From Protoeuglena noctilucae (taxonomy: Eukaryota): a stretch of 64,000 nucleotides of DNA. The stretch spans positions 744,001 through 808,000 of the forward strand of contig OY253675.1 in NCBI GenBank assembly GCA_958009085.1, given 5' to 3'. Positions 36,779 through 49,045 of this stretch are shown here, in pieces. Numbering within the stretch: the stretch's first letter is position 1; each line of letters opens with the position of its first letter. The notes under the pieces are model-generated. The model did no database searches. It was not told the DNA's origin and worked only from the letters and a program-made list of their open reading frames with translations. A program made the position numbers and the translations under genes.

Positions 36779-39700
36779 TCAGGGCCCGTGGGAGTGGGCC
36801 ATGCGCCTTGCTTTGAGTGTGCGCGCCTCTGTGATGGCAGCCACGCGATCCCTGCAGAGACACAAGCAAGGTCAGGTCATGTTCAAGCCAGCACACCACA
36901 CGCCGCATCCCATGCCACGCCATGCCACTCCTTCGCTATCATCACTCGCCTCTCGACCGTGCGCCGGAACTCTGGCACCGCGGGCCGCATGGCCTTGCGC
37001 TTGCACTCGGCGAGGCTTTCGGGAACGTGCTTTGCCGCCTCTTGCGCTCCCGCCGGGTGCCTTGCCCGCTCGTCCTCCCTCTCCTCCACCGCCACCTGCG
37101 TGGCCTTGCTGATCGACCCCGCCACGAGCTCAGCCATCAGCTCCTCCCTCTCCCGCGCCATCTGAGGGCCAGAGCAGAAGGCATGGGCTTGGAACTTTAG
37201 CTCTTTCACTTCACTTAGCATCCCCCAGCTTCACAGAGCATCAACTCGCCTTGCTGAGGTGATCGGCGTTCTGGAAAGCCCTCTCCATCTCCCCCTTGAG
37301 CGACTCCAGCAGCTCGGTCGGCAGCGGGCCGGCCGGGGCCGCCCCGTCCCCCTCGTGTGTCGTGGGGCCGTACTTGCGGGGGCCAATCTGCGGGAGCTCT
37401 CCTGCCGAAGCCTCCGCCTGCGAGCGCCGCTGAGATGCAGCTCGTCAGGTGACCCGCATTTCACGACTCCCTGCGCCCTGACGCACCACCACATGCTTGC
37501 AGCTCTTTGCGAGGGCAATAGCGAACATTGCAATGCCCCTCTCGCCTTGAGTCCCGTGAAGGACGGCTCCGGCTTCGGGAGCGCGTCCAGGAGCATCCGC
37601 AGGCTCGCGCGCTTGCTGACGTTCGCTTGGACCTGGGGCCTGACCAGCCCCGCGCGACGCAGCGCGTTGTGGGCGAGGTTCTTCACGATGGCCTGCGCCG
37701 TCGCCTCCGCCGTCGAGTCGTCCTGGCAAAGCGTCGCCTCCGACGACTCCCCCTGCGGGCCAAACGACCAGAGACGACTGCAGCGTCGAACCCAAGAGTG
37801 AGGACGACCCCTGGTGCTTGCAGCGTGCGCCGATGCCAGTGCGCCGACACAGCGTCAGAGCAGCCGCAAAGGAGTATGCGAGCATGAACATCCGCCCTCT
37901 CACCTCAAGCCCCCTCCTCCTGCCGTCAGGGCTCCTCCCGCCTTTGCCCCGGCCCCCCTCGCGCCCACCCCGCACCCGCTGGCTCAGGCTCCCGGGCCCC
38001 GCCACCGACGCCGTCGCGTCCCCGGGCGTCCCGGGCCGCTCGTCCACCTGCGCCATTCGGTGCCGGCGCCACGTGGCGGCCTGGGACACCAGCGCAGACG
38101 CGTCCAGGTTGGCCGCCTCGCTGGACCCCTCCTCCGCCACCAGCCCCAGCTCCTCGCGCGTCACGAACGGGGGCTGTGTGACGCGCCGCGGCGTGTTGAT
38201 GATGGCCATCTGCGCCGTCGTCAGCGGGCCGGGTGCGTGGTCCAAAGAACGGAAGCCACGCGCCACCCGCCACGGCCCGCCACGCTCGGGGGACCCGGGG
38301 GCCTCCACGGGGGACGCCCGACCCGCCCGCTGCGGGCTGGGCCACGCGCCCGGGGCGCCCACCGCCTGCGCCGAGGCTTCTGGGGGCATTGCCGGCCCCG
38401 GCTCAGCTGCGCCGCCCACGCCGATGGCCTTGCCGCTCCCTGACAGGCTGGCTAGGAACATCCCGAGCGCCCCGGCCTTGGCCCACGAGGAGCTGAAGCT
38501 CCGCTCGTGTGGCGGGCTGGCCGTGCGGGGCGGCGAGAGCTGCCGCGACCGCTGGGTGGACGCCAGGTAGTTGGGCTCCACCGGGCGCGACACGGTGCGG
38601 CGCTCCTGCACCGTCGATGCGATCTGGGACCATTGCCGGAACAGGTCCTGGTTGGAAGGCTCCCGGAGCACCTCGATGACCTTCGGGGGCAGGTCCGGGG
38701 GACACTCCATGTAGCCGTCGATCGTGTCGACGGAGTGCGCGAAGGCCGCCTTGCCCAGCCACACGGCGCTGTCGATGTTCTGGCTCGTCCAGTCGCGACT
38801 CGAGAACTCCTCCACCGCCCGCTGCGAGACAGGACCATGCGATGTAATCGTTGGTCGGCAGCGAGACCATCAGCCCACCACGCCACATGCACCACAGAAG
38901 GCAAGCAGCCCGGTCCCCGCGGCCCTGCGACCCTAGATCCTCGCCTGGATTTCTATGAACTTCTCCCGATCGCTCTCCCTCTTGTCGGGATCGAAGCCGT
39001 CCTGGTTGCGCGGCTTGCGCCGCCGCCCGCCCTCAGCAGCGCTCGCGCCTTCGCTCTCCTCGTGTACAACGTCGCCGGTGGGGTCCTGGATTTGAATCGA
39101 CGCAGTGGCCGTCGCGGAGAGGCCGAGCCGCGCGGCGTCTGCGCGGATGAAGCTGGGCCCGCGGAGCGTGGGCGGCGGCGGTGGCACTGATGCCGATGCC
39201 GCCGGTACGCTCTCCTCCTGGCTGGCGGTCTGGGAGCGGCTCGGCGTCGGGCTGAGGGTCCCTGGGTCGAGCGACGCCTTGGACAGGCGGCTGCCCGTCT
39301 TGCGCAGCATCTGCGCCCGCGTGGGTCCCTCTGAAGAAGCATCGATGATGTTGGCCTCGGACAGCCGGCTGGGCGCCCGACGCACCACGGCGCCCGTCAC
39401 CACGCGCGCCTCGTTCGAGTCCGGTGCGATGCTCGCCTGCGGAGAGCGCAGGTACTCAGCATCTCGAGCTGTCCCGGTCGCATGCAGGTGCATGACCATC
39501 GTCCCAGCGAGCGACAGAGCACGCGACAGAGCGCGACCAAGCCTGACGCGATGCAGCACGCCCTCGACTCACCTCAGACAGGATCCTCCGGCTGACCGAG
39601 GGCGGCACGATGGGCTGCGTGTGAGGCCCCGCCAATCCCGGAGCATCCGACACCGCCGACCGTAGCCGCTCTGGACTCTTGTCAACCCCAGGCTTGCTCT

Positions 39701-42700
39701 GCGCCCTTTCCACAGACCCCGCCGCGCCACTCATCGCCCGCGTCGCTGCCCCCCCCACCGCCCCACCAACTGTCGCCGCGCCGGCTATGACCCTGGGCGC
39801 CTCGCTCGCCTTGCGCGGCACGTCCGTGGCCGACAAGGCCAGCGAGGGCCTCCCGACAGTGGTAGTAACCCCCACGGCGTTCTCCGGCGAGGGTGGTGTG
39901 GTGGGCCCGGGCGTGTCCCGACCCACGTCACCGTCCTCCTCAGACACGTCCCCAGCCTCGGCGGCGCCGTGCACCGTCAAGAACGAGCTGCTGGACACCT
40001 CGTGGGCCACCTCGAGGTCCCGGGGGCGGGCCTCCCGGCGCCGGCGCCCCTCCTCGCCCCGCACCTCCACCCGCAGCCCCCGTCTCTGCCGGTTGGTCAT
40101 CTGGGGGCGGAAGGGCTTGGCCCCGCGGGGCAGGTAGGACAGGACGGCGGGGCGCGCGCCCGCGTCCGCGTCGTGCAGCAGCGCAATGCTGCTCGGGATG
40201 GGCGGGATCGTCCGCGAGGGGTCGCGGGGGTCCGGCGCCCCCGCCAGGGGCCGAGACCGTTCGGGCGACGGCCACGGCGAGTGGGCCTCAGCCTCGCTGT
40301 CGTCCGCGTCCAGCACGAGGGCGCTCTCCGCCCGCGCCTGGGCTGTGCCGGGGCCCGGATGTGGCGCCGACGCCTGCCGCCGCGCTTGCAAGGCACGCGA
40401 GGCGTGGCCGGGGCTGCTGCGCATGTGAGAGCGCCTTGATGGCTCAAGAGCAGACCCCTCCATGCCTGCCAGGCTCGCCTCCCCTTCTGCTGGTGCCCCT
40501 TCCTCGCTGGCGCCTTCCACCGTGTCGCCCTCCGCCAACGCTATATCCCACATGGAGTCGCTAGCGGGCCCCGGTCGGTGCCCGGGACGCGCACCGGCGT
40601 CTGCGGGACCCGCACCCTTGGCCAGCCGCGATTGCGGCCCCGATGCCTGGTGCGGCAGAGGCGGGGTGGCCTTTGCCGTGGGACGCGCGGACGATGTCGC
40701 GTGCGCAGGGGCCGTGGATGGTGCAGACGGGAAGACGTCCACAGCACTGCGGTAGGCCAGGAGAGGTTTTGCTTGAGTCGCGGCGTGTATATGCTGCTCC
40801 TGCCCTGGGTTGGCGCCTCTGCACGCGGAGATGCCAGGTCGTCAGTGGATGCGGAGGGTCCCATACCACCACTCACCTGTAGCTCGTCATGCCCGCTTTG
40901 GACAGCTCCTCGCGCTCCCCGTCCGTGGCAGCCCACGTCCGCGCGGCCCCGCCCCCCAAATCTGACACCGACGCGGTGGCCCGGATGCGCGCATCTGGCG
41001 ACGTGGACGCCCGCCGCAGCGAGTCGCGGTGCATGATGTACGCGACGGTGCGCTCCAGCATCTCGCGCAGGAAACGCCCCTGGTCCAGTCGCGCCAGCTG
41101 CGGGGTAGGACGCACACTTGCGTCGCTTCCGTTCACATCTGCTGCTCGCGTGCGCGGCCCTGTCCTCTCCACTCGCCCCGTGCGCCGCCGCGCTCCCACG
41201 GCTCCATCCTCACCAGCGCCTTCATGCTCTTGTCCACGTCGTTCGACTTGCCCAGCAGCGCCAGCCACTTGCGATGAGTCATGTCCGACTGCAATGCACG
41301 AGACACAGAGCAGTGATGAGACGGTGCAATGGGCGCAGCACGTCTCCCTTCCAAGCCAGTGATGAGACAGTGCAATGGCCGCGGCACGTCTCTCTTCCAA
41401 GCCAGTGATGAGATGGTGCAATGAGCGCAGCACGTCTTTCTAGCAATTCATGTCTCGTCAAGGTGCCTCACCAATCGGGACACGGCGCTCCAGCCTGGGT
41501 GCGTCTTCTGTGCCTCCCTCGCCCGCGTCGACCCCGCAGCCAGGCGCCGCCACTTGAGCGCCATCTTGGCCGCGGGCGTCTCCGCCAACTCCGTCCGGGA
41601 CTCTTTGAGCCGCTGCTCCTCCTCCCTCTGCATCCATGCAGGGTCACGCGTCGTCACCGCCAGCAGCGGCGCGTGCGCACCCGGAGGTGCGGCACCCGGC
41701 AGCTCAAACAGCCGCACGACCTGGGTCGCTGAGCGGAACAAGACACGGCGCGCCACGCACCATCTGCTGCCGCTTGTTCTCCATCAGCAAGTCGACCACC
41801 TCCGACCGCGCCTGGCCGCCAGCCATGTACTTCTCGATCAGCTTGCTCCTCCGGAACGCCCTCACGGCGCTGCGGATTCGGTAGGTGCCAGTCAAGCAAG
41901 GCAGAGTGGGCCCCATGAAGCACCATGCACAGGCGCTTGCGGCGACATCCACCAAACATGAGACGCAGTCTCCAAGGTGCTCACCTGGAGAAGTCCATGT
42001 CTCCATGGGACAAGAGGTTGGCGTGGCTCTGGCGGTGCTGCAGGTGCTCGTTGACCTGGACCTGCAGGCGAGTTGGGAGGTCGGGGCATGGCGCTGGGGC
42101 CGACTGAGAGTTTGAAGACCCCGAACTGACCCCCGACGTCATGCATAGAAGGCGTGTATCGCACGTCGCAGGTGCAGCGACTCGCTAAGAGCCGCATGTC
42201 GCACAGCAGTCGGCGCACCTCGACCTGGGCGTTGAGCTGGCGGGACATGATGTCCATGAAGTCCTCGAACTCCAGCACACCTCGACCCTCGGTGTCCATC
42301 TCCCTGCGATGGTGACGCCGTAGTGGCGAGTTTTGAGTCCCGGAACCCGCGGGTGGGGCTCGGATGGGCGCGACACGTGCACTGCACCGCCTCGCCTCAG
42401 GACGTCAAGAATTTCGCGGCGGTTCGGCCGAAATCCGAGGTCATGGAACGCTTCGTAGAGCTCGTCGGCATCGAGCCCGCCGGACCCGTCCTCGTCCAGG
42501 AGCCGGAAGCACTCCTCAATCTCCAGCTTCTGCTGCCCCGTGAGAGCGGGGGGCGGGGGCGGGATGCCGTGGCGCTTGAGCCACTCCACGCGCTTCCTCC
42601 CAACGAGTACGTCCTCAGCCTTCTTCACGCGCATGCGCATGTACAGGATGTCCGCCCTGCGGTTACCTCGCTGCAAGCGCGGGGCCAGGCGATGCGTGGA

Positions 42701-43151
42701 CCCCGCCGGCGTCCCTGGCCGTCTCTCCGGCACGACACGCCTCCCACACGAGCAAGGTCACATGATGGACCGACACATGCATCAGAGAGCGCCGGAAGCG
42801 GTCACAGCAGCGCGGGGCCACGCACCCGGACGAGAACATTGTCGACGAGCTCCGGAACGGCCACGTAGGTGGGCGGCGGTGGCTGCCATTTGCGGATAAT
42901 CCTGTTCAGCTTTGACGACCGCGCCGATAGCAGCTCTTTCATCTTCATCTTAAGCTGCGAGTGGGGGCTGGCATGTCGGTCACGGTCTGGGAGCGAACGC
43001 GTCCTGCGAGGCGCGCAAATCGGTCTCGCTCGCTAGCATTAGGCCTGGTCAGCCGACAGAGAGAGTCGCACACCTCTTGGTCCCGGGACTCAGCGGGCGA
43101 GGCCGCATAGGGCGCCATCGCCTCCACCACGGACGCCAGCGCCCCCTCCAT
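36779..43151 (-). CDS. Large protein with a centrin-like EF-hand pair near the N-terminus and a long low-complexity/coiled tail
   Basis: LTGQQKLEIEECFRLLDEDGSGGLDADEL...MDTEGRGVLEFEDF. Downstream exons join through phase-compatible junctions, several GC-AG, to HSHGP*. Could be split into two genes. Confidence 0.7.
41311..41440. repeat. Intronic tandem repeat, about 46-bp unit x about 3
   Basis: cagtgatgagacggtgcaatgggcgcagcacgtctcccttccaagc repeated with few substitutions. Confidence 0.85.
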
Positions 43152-43597
43152 CGTTGCGCCTTCGGAGCCACGGAGCTACTGCAACAACACGACGAGCCTA
43201 GCAGGGCAGGGCCGGACGACGTGCATCGCGCTGAGCCATGCGCAATGCTGCATCACATGCAGTCGGCCGCAGCTCCCACGGCAAAGCTGGGCTCCCCTTC
43301 GCCCCTCCTCCAGCACAGACTTATCGTGTCGGCGCATCCGCGCAGCATGATGAATGGCACTGGCAAGCACGCGCTGGTGCCCTGTGCAGCACAGGAGAAG
43401 TCAGCCGGGCCCCCCTTCAGCAAATCCATTCGTAGCGCATTGAAGCAACGGGTTGGGGGGCTAGCAGCAGACCGTGCGGCAGCGGCGTTTATGACCACAA
43501 AGGTTCAATGAGCAGCAAAGACGACAGGACGCCGCTCATGCTTCTCATGCTTGTTCAACACACGGACGCTATCACCGTCTCCCACTCCGTGCTGCAC

Positions 43598-45184
43598 TCA
43601 GAACACGATGTCGGGGTCCCCGTCCATGTCGAGCAAGTTGACCTCCTTCTGCACAGCGGGAGCGGCCGGCGCGGGGGACGAGTGGGAGGGCGACGCGTGC
43701 GGCTTGGCCGGGAACGAGAGGCCGAGGTCTCCAAAGGCGTCCAGCGGCGAGGACGCCGGCGCGAGTGGCGGGGCCGACCCGGCCGCCATGGACATCGCTG
43801 CCGGTGGAGCCCGAGGCGCCGGCCCCAGCCCGTTCGTCATCCCCGCCGCCTTCGCGTCCTCCAGCAGCTGCTTGGCGGCCTGGGGACACAGGAGCACGAC
43901 CAGGTTTGCTGTGCAGCGCCGCGCCGCCGCAAGCCGGGCTGACGCATACCAGCGCTCCTGACGAAGTGCCCGCATCAGCTAGCTCTCTCACCTCCTGCTT
44001 CGCTAACATCTCCTTCTTCTTCCCCTGCACCTTCTTGAGCCTGCGGACGGTCGCGCGAGGAAACAGGTGACGAGCTCAGACACAGGACGCCTGGCTGGCT
44101 GGCCCAGCACGCGTGCCATGCCGGTCTCGGTCTCACCGGAAGAACTCCTCCCTCTCGAGCTCGTCCAGCTCCGACTTGATGTACGAGATGGTGTTCTCGA
44201 TCTTGGGCTTGACGACGTTCTCGAGCGCATTCACGCGGCGGTTGGTGGCCTTGATCGCCTCGTCCAGCGTTAAGAAGGAGGTCTGCAGCGACGCCAGCTT
44301 GATGAGCAGGCGCGTTGCCTCCAGGAAAGACTTGCGGCATCCCTGGACCTGCTGCCCGCCACGCCCCAGCCCTGCACACAGACGAAGCAAGGGCTCAGCT
44401 CACGGCTGCGTCGAAGGTGCGGGGGCGCCACGAGCGAAAACGCGCCAGGCCGCACCCGTCAAGTCGCTCTTCCCGATGCTAGCGTCCTCTTGCGTCTCGA
44501 AGCGCGGCAGCCGGACGCCGGCCACGTTGTCCGTCGAGGCCTTCACGCGGACCCCCGCGTGGTCGACGCTGTCCAGCACCGTGTGCTGGAAATCCCCTGC
44601 AGCGTATCTGCGGGTCAAGAAACACGAGTTGGGTGAGCGGCAGGGTCAGCGCATCGCGGCACGCCCCGTACAGGCCGGAGTTTGCCGAGTCCTTTCTAGG
44701 GTCCGCAGAACCGCAGCAGGCGCATCGTCCGTCGGCTGCCTACGCAAAGCGAGCCATGCAGTTCCGTTGATCGCCGGCATCAGCATCGGAGAGCCTGCAG
44801 CCGGAGCTGGGAGCAGCTTTGCGCCGCAAAACTCTCACCGCGCCTCCGTGAGCGCGAACGCGGCCGTCCGCATCGTCTCGCCCATGGCCTCTTTCGTCTC
44901 CACAATTTTCTTGAGGATCTGTGAGACACGCGCGGCGGCAGGATCGTGGGCACGGTGCGCACAAGGGCATCACGGGCACGCGGGGCCACAGCGCCGCCGC
45001 CGGGACGCATTTCCCCGCCAGCGCGGCGCAACACTGTCGTAAGTACCTGTCGGAAACGCATGGTCAGGGCGTCCGCCTTCTTCTTCAGCAGCGCGTGGCC
45101 CTTGGTAGCCCCCGCGAGCCTGGCCTTCATCTGGCCCAGCACCGTCACCGTCGGGACGACGGGGAAGCGATTCTGGCCCGACAT
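43598..45184 (-). CDS. ATP6V1D: V-type proton ATPase subunit D
   Basis: [26 protein letters not shown]...[59 protein letters not shown]; ends DPDIVF*. Confidence 0.96.
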
Positions 45185-45572
45185 CGCTCCCACGCTCCCG
45201 ACGCGCCCGACGAGCTCCTCTTTTCACGCAAAGCTTCCACTGACCGGCCAGGGCGACGGGGAATCCGAGGGGCAGGACTGTCAAGCGAACTTACGCCCGA
45301 TGCTCTCGCACGGTTCGCTGAAATACGCCAAACAAAGCTCGATGGAACTCGGCGGCTAGTGGATGCGAGCCAGGAGCTCTTGGCCGGTTTTAACTCCTCT
45401 GACAAAGGGGCATTCCCCATCCCCGACGCCATGGACACCCGATGCCTGCGGCGAGACTCGCAATCATGAGTGTCTCTGGTCGCCTTGTCGCACGTTGTCG
45501 ACCCCAGCATCTCTGGTCATCCTGTAGGCAAGGACCGAGGTTGTTGAGCGCGTCCAAGGGCTGCAATCCAAA

Positions 45573-46312
45573 ATGACGATGTCGGAGCTCTCAGAGAGCA
45601 CGCAGCAGAGGCTGCAGATGATCGAGCAGGCGAGCTCTGACGGCGAAGCCCAGTGGCAGCGGTCCGGCTGCGATTCTCTATGCACGTCACAGCGCAGGCG
45701 TTCACGGGCTCTCCTGCCTCCGCGAGTATCGATGACGGCAGATGCAGCTTGCCTTTCCTCGAGGAATATACCGAGCGACGGTTCTGGCACCCCCCGTCCC
45801 CACGCAGTGCGTCCTGGACGCCGTGGCGCTCACGGGCGACGTCACGGCCGAGCTGAGCAAGATGACCGAGGCCTCGAGGAAGGTCGCGTCCGACAAGTGC
45901 ATGGGTGAGAGCCGTGTATCTGACGCGAGGGCAGAGAGGGCCCGGGCGACCCTGCTGGGGGCATTGAAGCAATCCCACCTCACGCGCAGTAGCGCTGGCG
46001 CGCATCAAGGAGGCCCAAGGGGTGCTGGAGCGGGAGGCGACGTCCTCGGAGTCTGGGATTGCCGTCGAGGGCAACGACTACCTGGAGCAGCAGGCCCTGG
46101 TCGCGGCGAGGGAGCACTTGGACGCCATCAGGCGAGAGGCGCGCCCTGTGCATGGGTGCTAGGCACCACCAAACCCGACACCCCCGGTGCAACCGCTGCG
46201 GTTGCTGATGCGTCTGCATCGCAGATTCCAGGTCGAGAGCATGGCGAACATGGCGAGCATCCCCGTCCCGGGGGATATCGAAGCAGGGGAGGACGGTGAG
46301 CAGGGCTCGTGA
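45573..46312 (+). CDS. MED11: Mediator subunit 11-like protein
   Basis: Spliced STQQRLQMIEQ|CVLDAVALTGDVTAELSK...ARIKEAQGVLERE...EGNDY resembles the plant MED11 pattern as I recall it (no search run). 4 exons, two GC-AG introns. Confidence 0.6.
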
Positions 46313-46487
46313 GTATTTTGTATGTTGTTTTCAAGGAGTAGTGAGCACCTCCGCTTCATGAACAGCACTCGCTATGCACTTGAATGCACGGCACGACTCA
46401 GCCATGCCGCCAACCTGCTGCATATGGCAGCAACACTCGCATGACAAAGCCAACATGGCAGCTTCACACATGCTAGCCGTGACAAAC

Positions 46488-48665
46488 TCAAGGCTCCTCG
46501 CGGGGCCCGGCCTCGGCGGGTGCGTCGCCTACCGGGGCCCCTGGCCTGGCCGCGTCTGCGCGTCGAGACTGGGCCCAGAGCCACTGCTGGTACTCCGCTG
46601 CCCACCCCTGCACCATGGCCAGGTCCGCCAGCATCATCTTCAGAGCGCTCGTCCATTTCGCCTCCTTGCTCTGCGTGCGCGAGCCAATTGGAGAGCACTG
46701 CTGATGAACTGCAGCGTCGCGAGCCATGTGAGCCATGTGGTGCCAGCCGCGTGTGGCTCACCATGGACAGCCGGACGCTCTGCCCCCCGACGCGGTCGCC
46801 TTTGATCTTGAACGGCAACGCGAAAGGCTCCGGGACCTTTCTGTCCTGGTCCATCTGAAGGGCGAAGTCCGCGAAGTCCGACAGGCACGCCAGAAACCCC
46901 TCCATCGCCCGGTCGTACATGGGGCACAGATAGCCTTTCAACTTGAACTGCGAGGGAGCGTGGCACATTGGATTGATCACGGGCTGACTTCGACCACGTT
47001 GCTGTCTCTCAGCCAGCCAATTGTGTGCGCTCACACCTTGGGCGGTCCGTGCAGCACGTACACTTGGTTGCGCTGGTCCCGGATCTTGGAGAAGCTGCCA
47101 CAAGGGACGAGGCTATACCCGGAGAAGGTGACGCGGCATTGGTGCGCCATGGAGTAGAGCAGCAGCACACACTGGCCCTGCAGGTGAAGACGGTGTGCAC
47201 ATGTGCATGCACGCGCAGCCGTACATGGGGTAATGCACAGGGCTTCCAGCTTGGTGCAGCTTGGTGCACCGTGGTGCAGTGCTGGTGGTGATGCGACCCC
47301 AGTTTTCATGCGATGGTGCAGGGACAGCCCCTGACCACGCCTTTGCCCCTGCCCCTCACCCACGCTGCGTTGATCTCCTCCCATGGAACCGGCACCTCCG
47401 TCGTCCTCCCCAACCTGCTTGTCAAAACATTTCAGCAAGTCACTCACGCGAGCCATTCCACCCCTGAGCGAGCAGGAGACTGCAATCTCACAGCCGTTAG
47501 TAGCAGTCCCAGGCGCCTCGCTTATACCTGAGCCCGCTGATGGTCCCGAACGGCCCCTCTGCCCAGATATGGAAGAGGTCCCGGTACGCATGGGCTCGCT
47601 CCAGCACTTCCAGCTGACCCCGCGCGTGACGCATCTGCGCATACACGACCGCCCGCTCCTCCGCGTGTGCGCAAGCGGCGTCCCACGCCTCGTTGACGTG
47701 CTCCAAGAACCGCTCCTCTTGCTGCTCGACGTCTCGCAGAGCTGCCTGCGGAGGAAAGACGGCCAGGGCTGCGACCATGCGACACGAACAAAGCATGCAT
47801 GGGCGTGTTGCGTGCTTGGCCATCCCGCCCCCCGCGTCACCGTCAGCTGCTCCGCCTGCGCCACGAGGCGTCGGTGTTCGGCCACGAGGCGCTCCTCCTC
47901 TCTCAGCTGCGCCTCCTCCTCCACCTGCAGCGCCTGGAGTTGCTTGGACAGCGTCACCTCTGCCTGGGGGTCGGAAGACGCGTCCCGAGAGATGCGGTCC
48001 TGCAGGAAGTCGACGAGAACCCTTGGCACACTTAGCGGACGCACCACATGCAACCCAAACCCCAGCTGCTGGGCAGTGCAGTCGTGTCGATGCTGCATGG
48101 TGTCACCAGCCACTCGCGTGAAGCTCACCAGGGCCTGCTGGTACATCTCGCACTCCCGCTCAATGCGCACGGCCTCGTCCTCGAGCGCGGCGTGGATGGC
48201 GCGCGTGCACGGCATGCAGACCGGGTGCGGGACATCCGTGCGCTCCGCCACGGCCTCAAACACCTTGGCCGCCGGCCATGCCTGCCCCTGGGGGACCACC
48301 GGCGCCGCTGCATCTGGGTCTCCGGAGGTCGGCGCGCCCGGGTGGCTCGTCAAGACCACATACGACTCATCCATCAGGTCGGGGCGCCCAGGGCCCAGCG
48401 TCGCCCCGAGCTGGGCCCTCGGGATGCCGCTGCGTCCGTCGAGAGGGCATGCGATGGTTCATTTAGTCGTCCTCAACATCAACAATCGTAAATTGCTCGC
48501 GGTCGCGACTCACCCGCTGAGGACGATGAACGGGTCTAGGTCATGGCGTACTCCCACGTGCTTGAGGTTCAGTCCCGTCAGCGGCGAGCCGGCATTGAAC
48601 GTGTCCGCAACAAGCAGCTTGGTGCCGCATCGCTGGCAGACGAAAGGCTGAGCCGAGCCCGCCAT
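46488..48665 (-). CDS. ATG6: Beclin-1 / ATG6 / VPS30
   Basis: N-terminal FVCQRC, DESYVVL, HPVCMPC, a coiled coil, FHIWAEGPFGTISGLR, WEEINAAWGQCVLLL, YDRAMEGFLACL, LPFKI, WTSALKMMLADL. Confidence 0.93.
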
Positions 48666-49045
48666 GGTACATCGAGCGGGTGGCGCGCCCCGTCGGACCA
48701 GGCTCCTGCCCTAGCGGGCCATGTAACAGCTCACGCACCCCTGCACAAGCACTGAGGCCGAAGAAGATGCTCTCTGGGCGTGTGCCCGCGAGTCCGTGGT
48801 CGAATACTTTTCTCGAGCTCCCCGGCAATCTGAATAAAGCAGTGTAAGCGTCCGCAACGATAGTGGTGTCTTGCCCTGCGTTCCAAGCACATGCCTTGCA
48901 AATGGCTCGCTTGGACGAGCTCGGGAGGGCACTGGCTCTGCAGCACGACCCACGCTGCTGGCTTTTAGACGAAGCCGCGCGCGCCTGCGCCCTCCGCCAG
49001 ACTGAGGGCTTGGTGTCGCACTCTGCAGACCGGAATGATGGACTG

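Noticed and set aside
41311..41440. Regularly spaced repeats as a CRISPR-like array or snoRNA cluster
   Set aside because: The units are contiguous with no unique spacers and there are no cas genes. TGATGA is antisense to the host gene and has no D box. Ordinary minisatellite.
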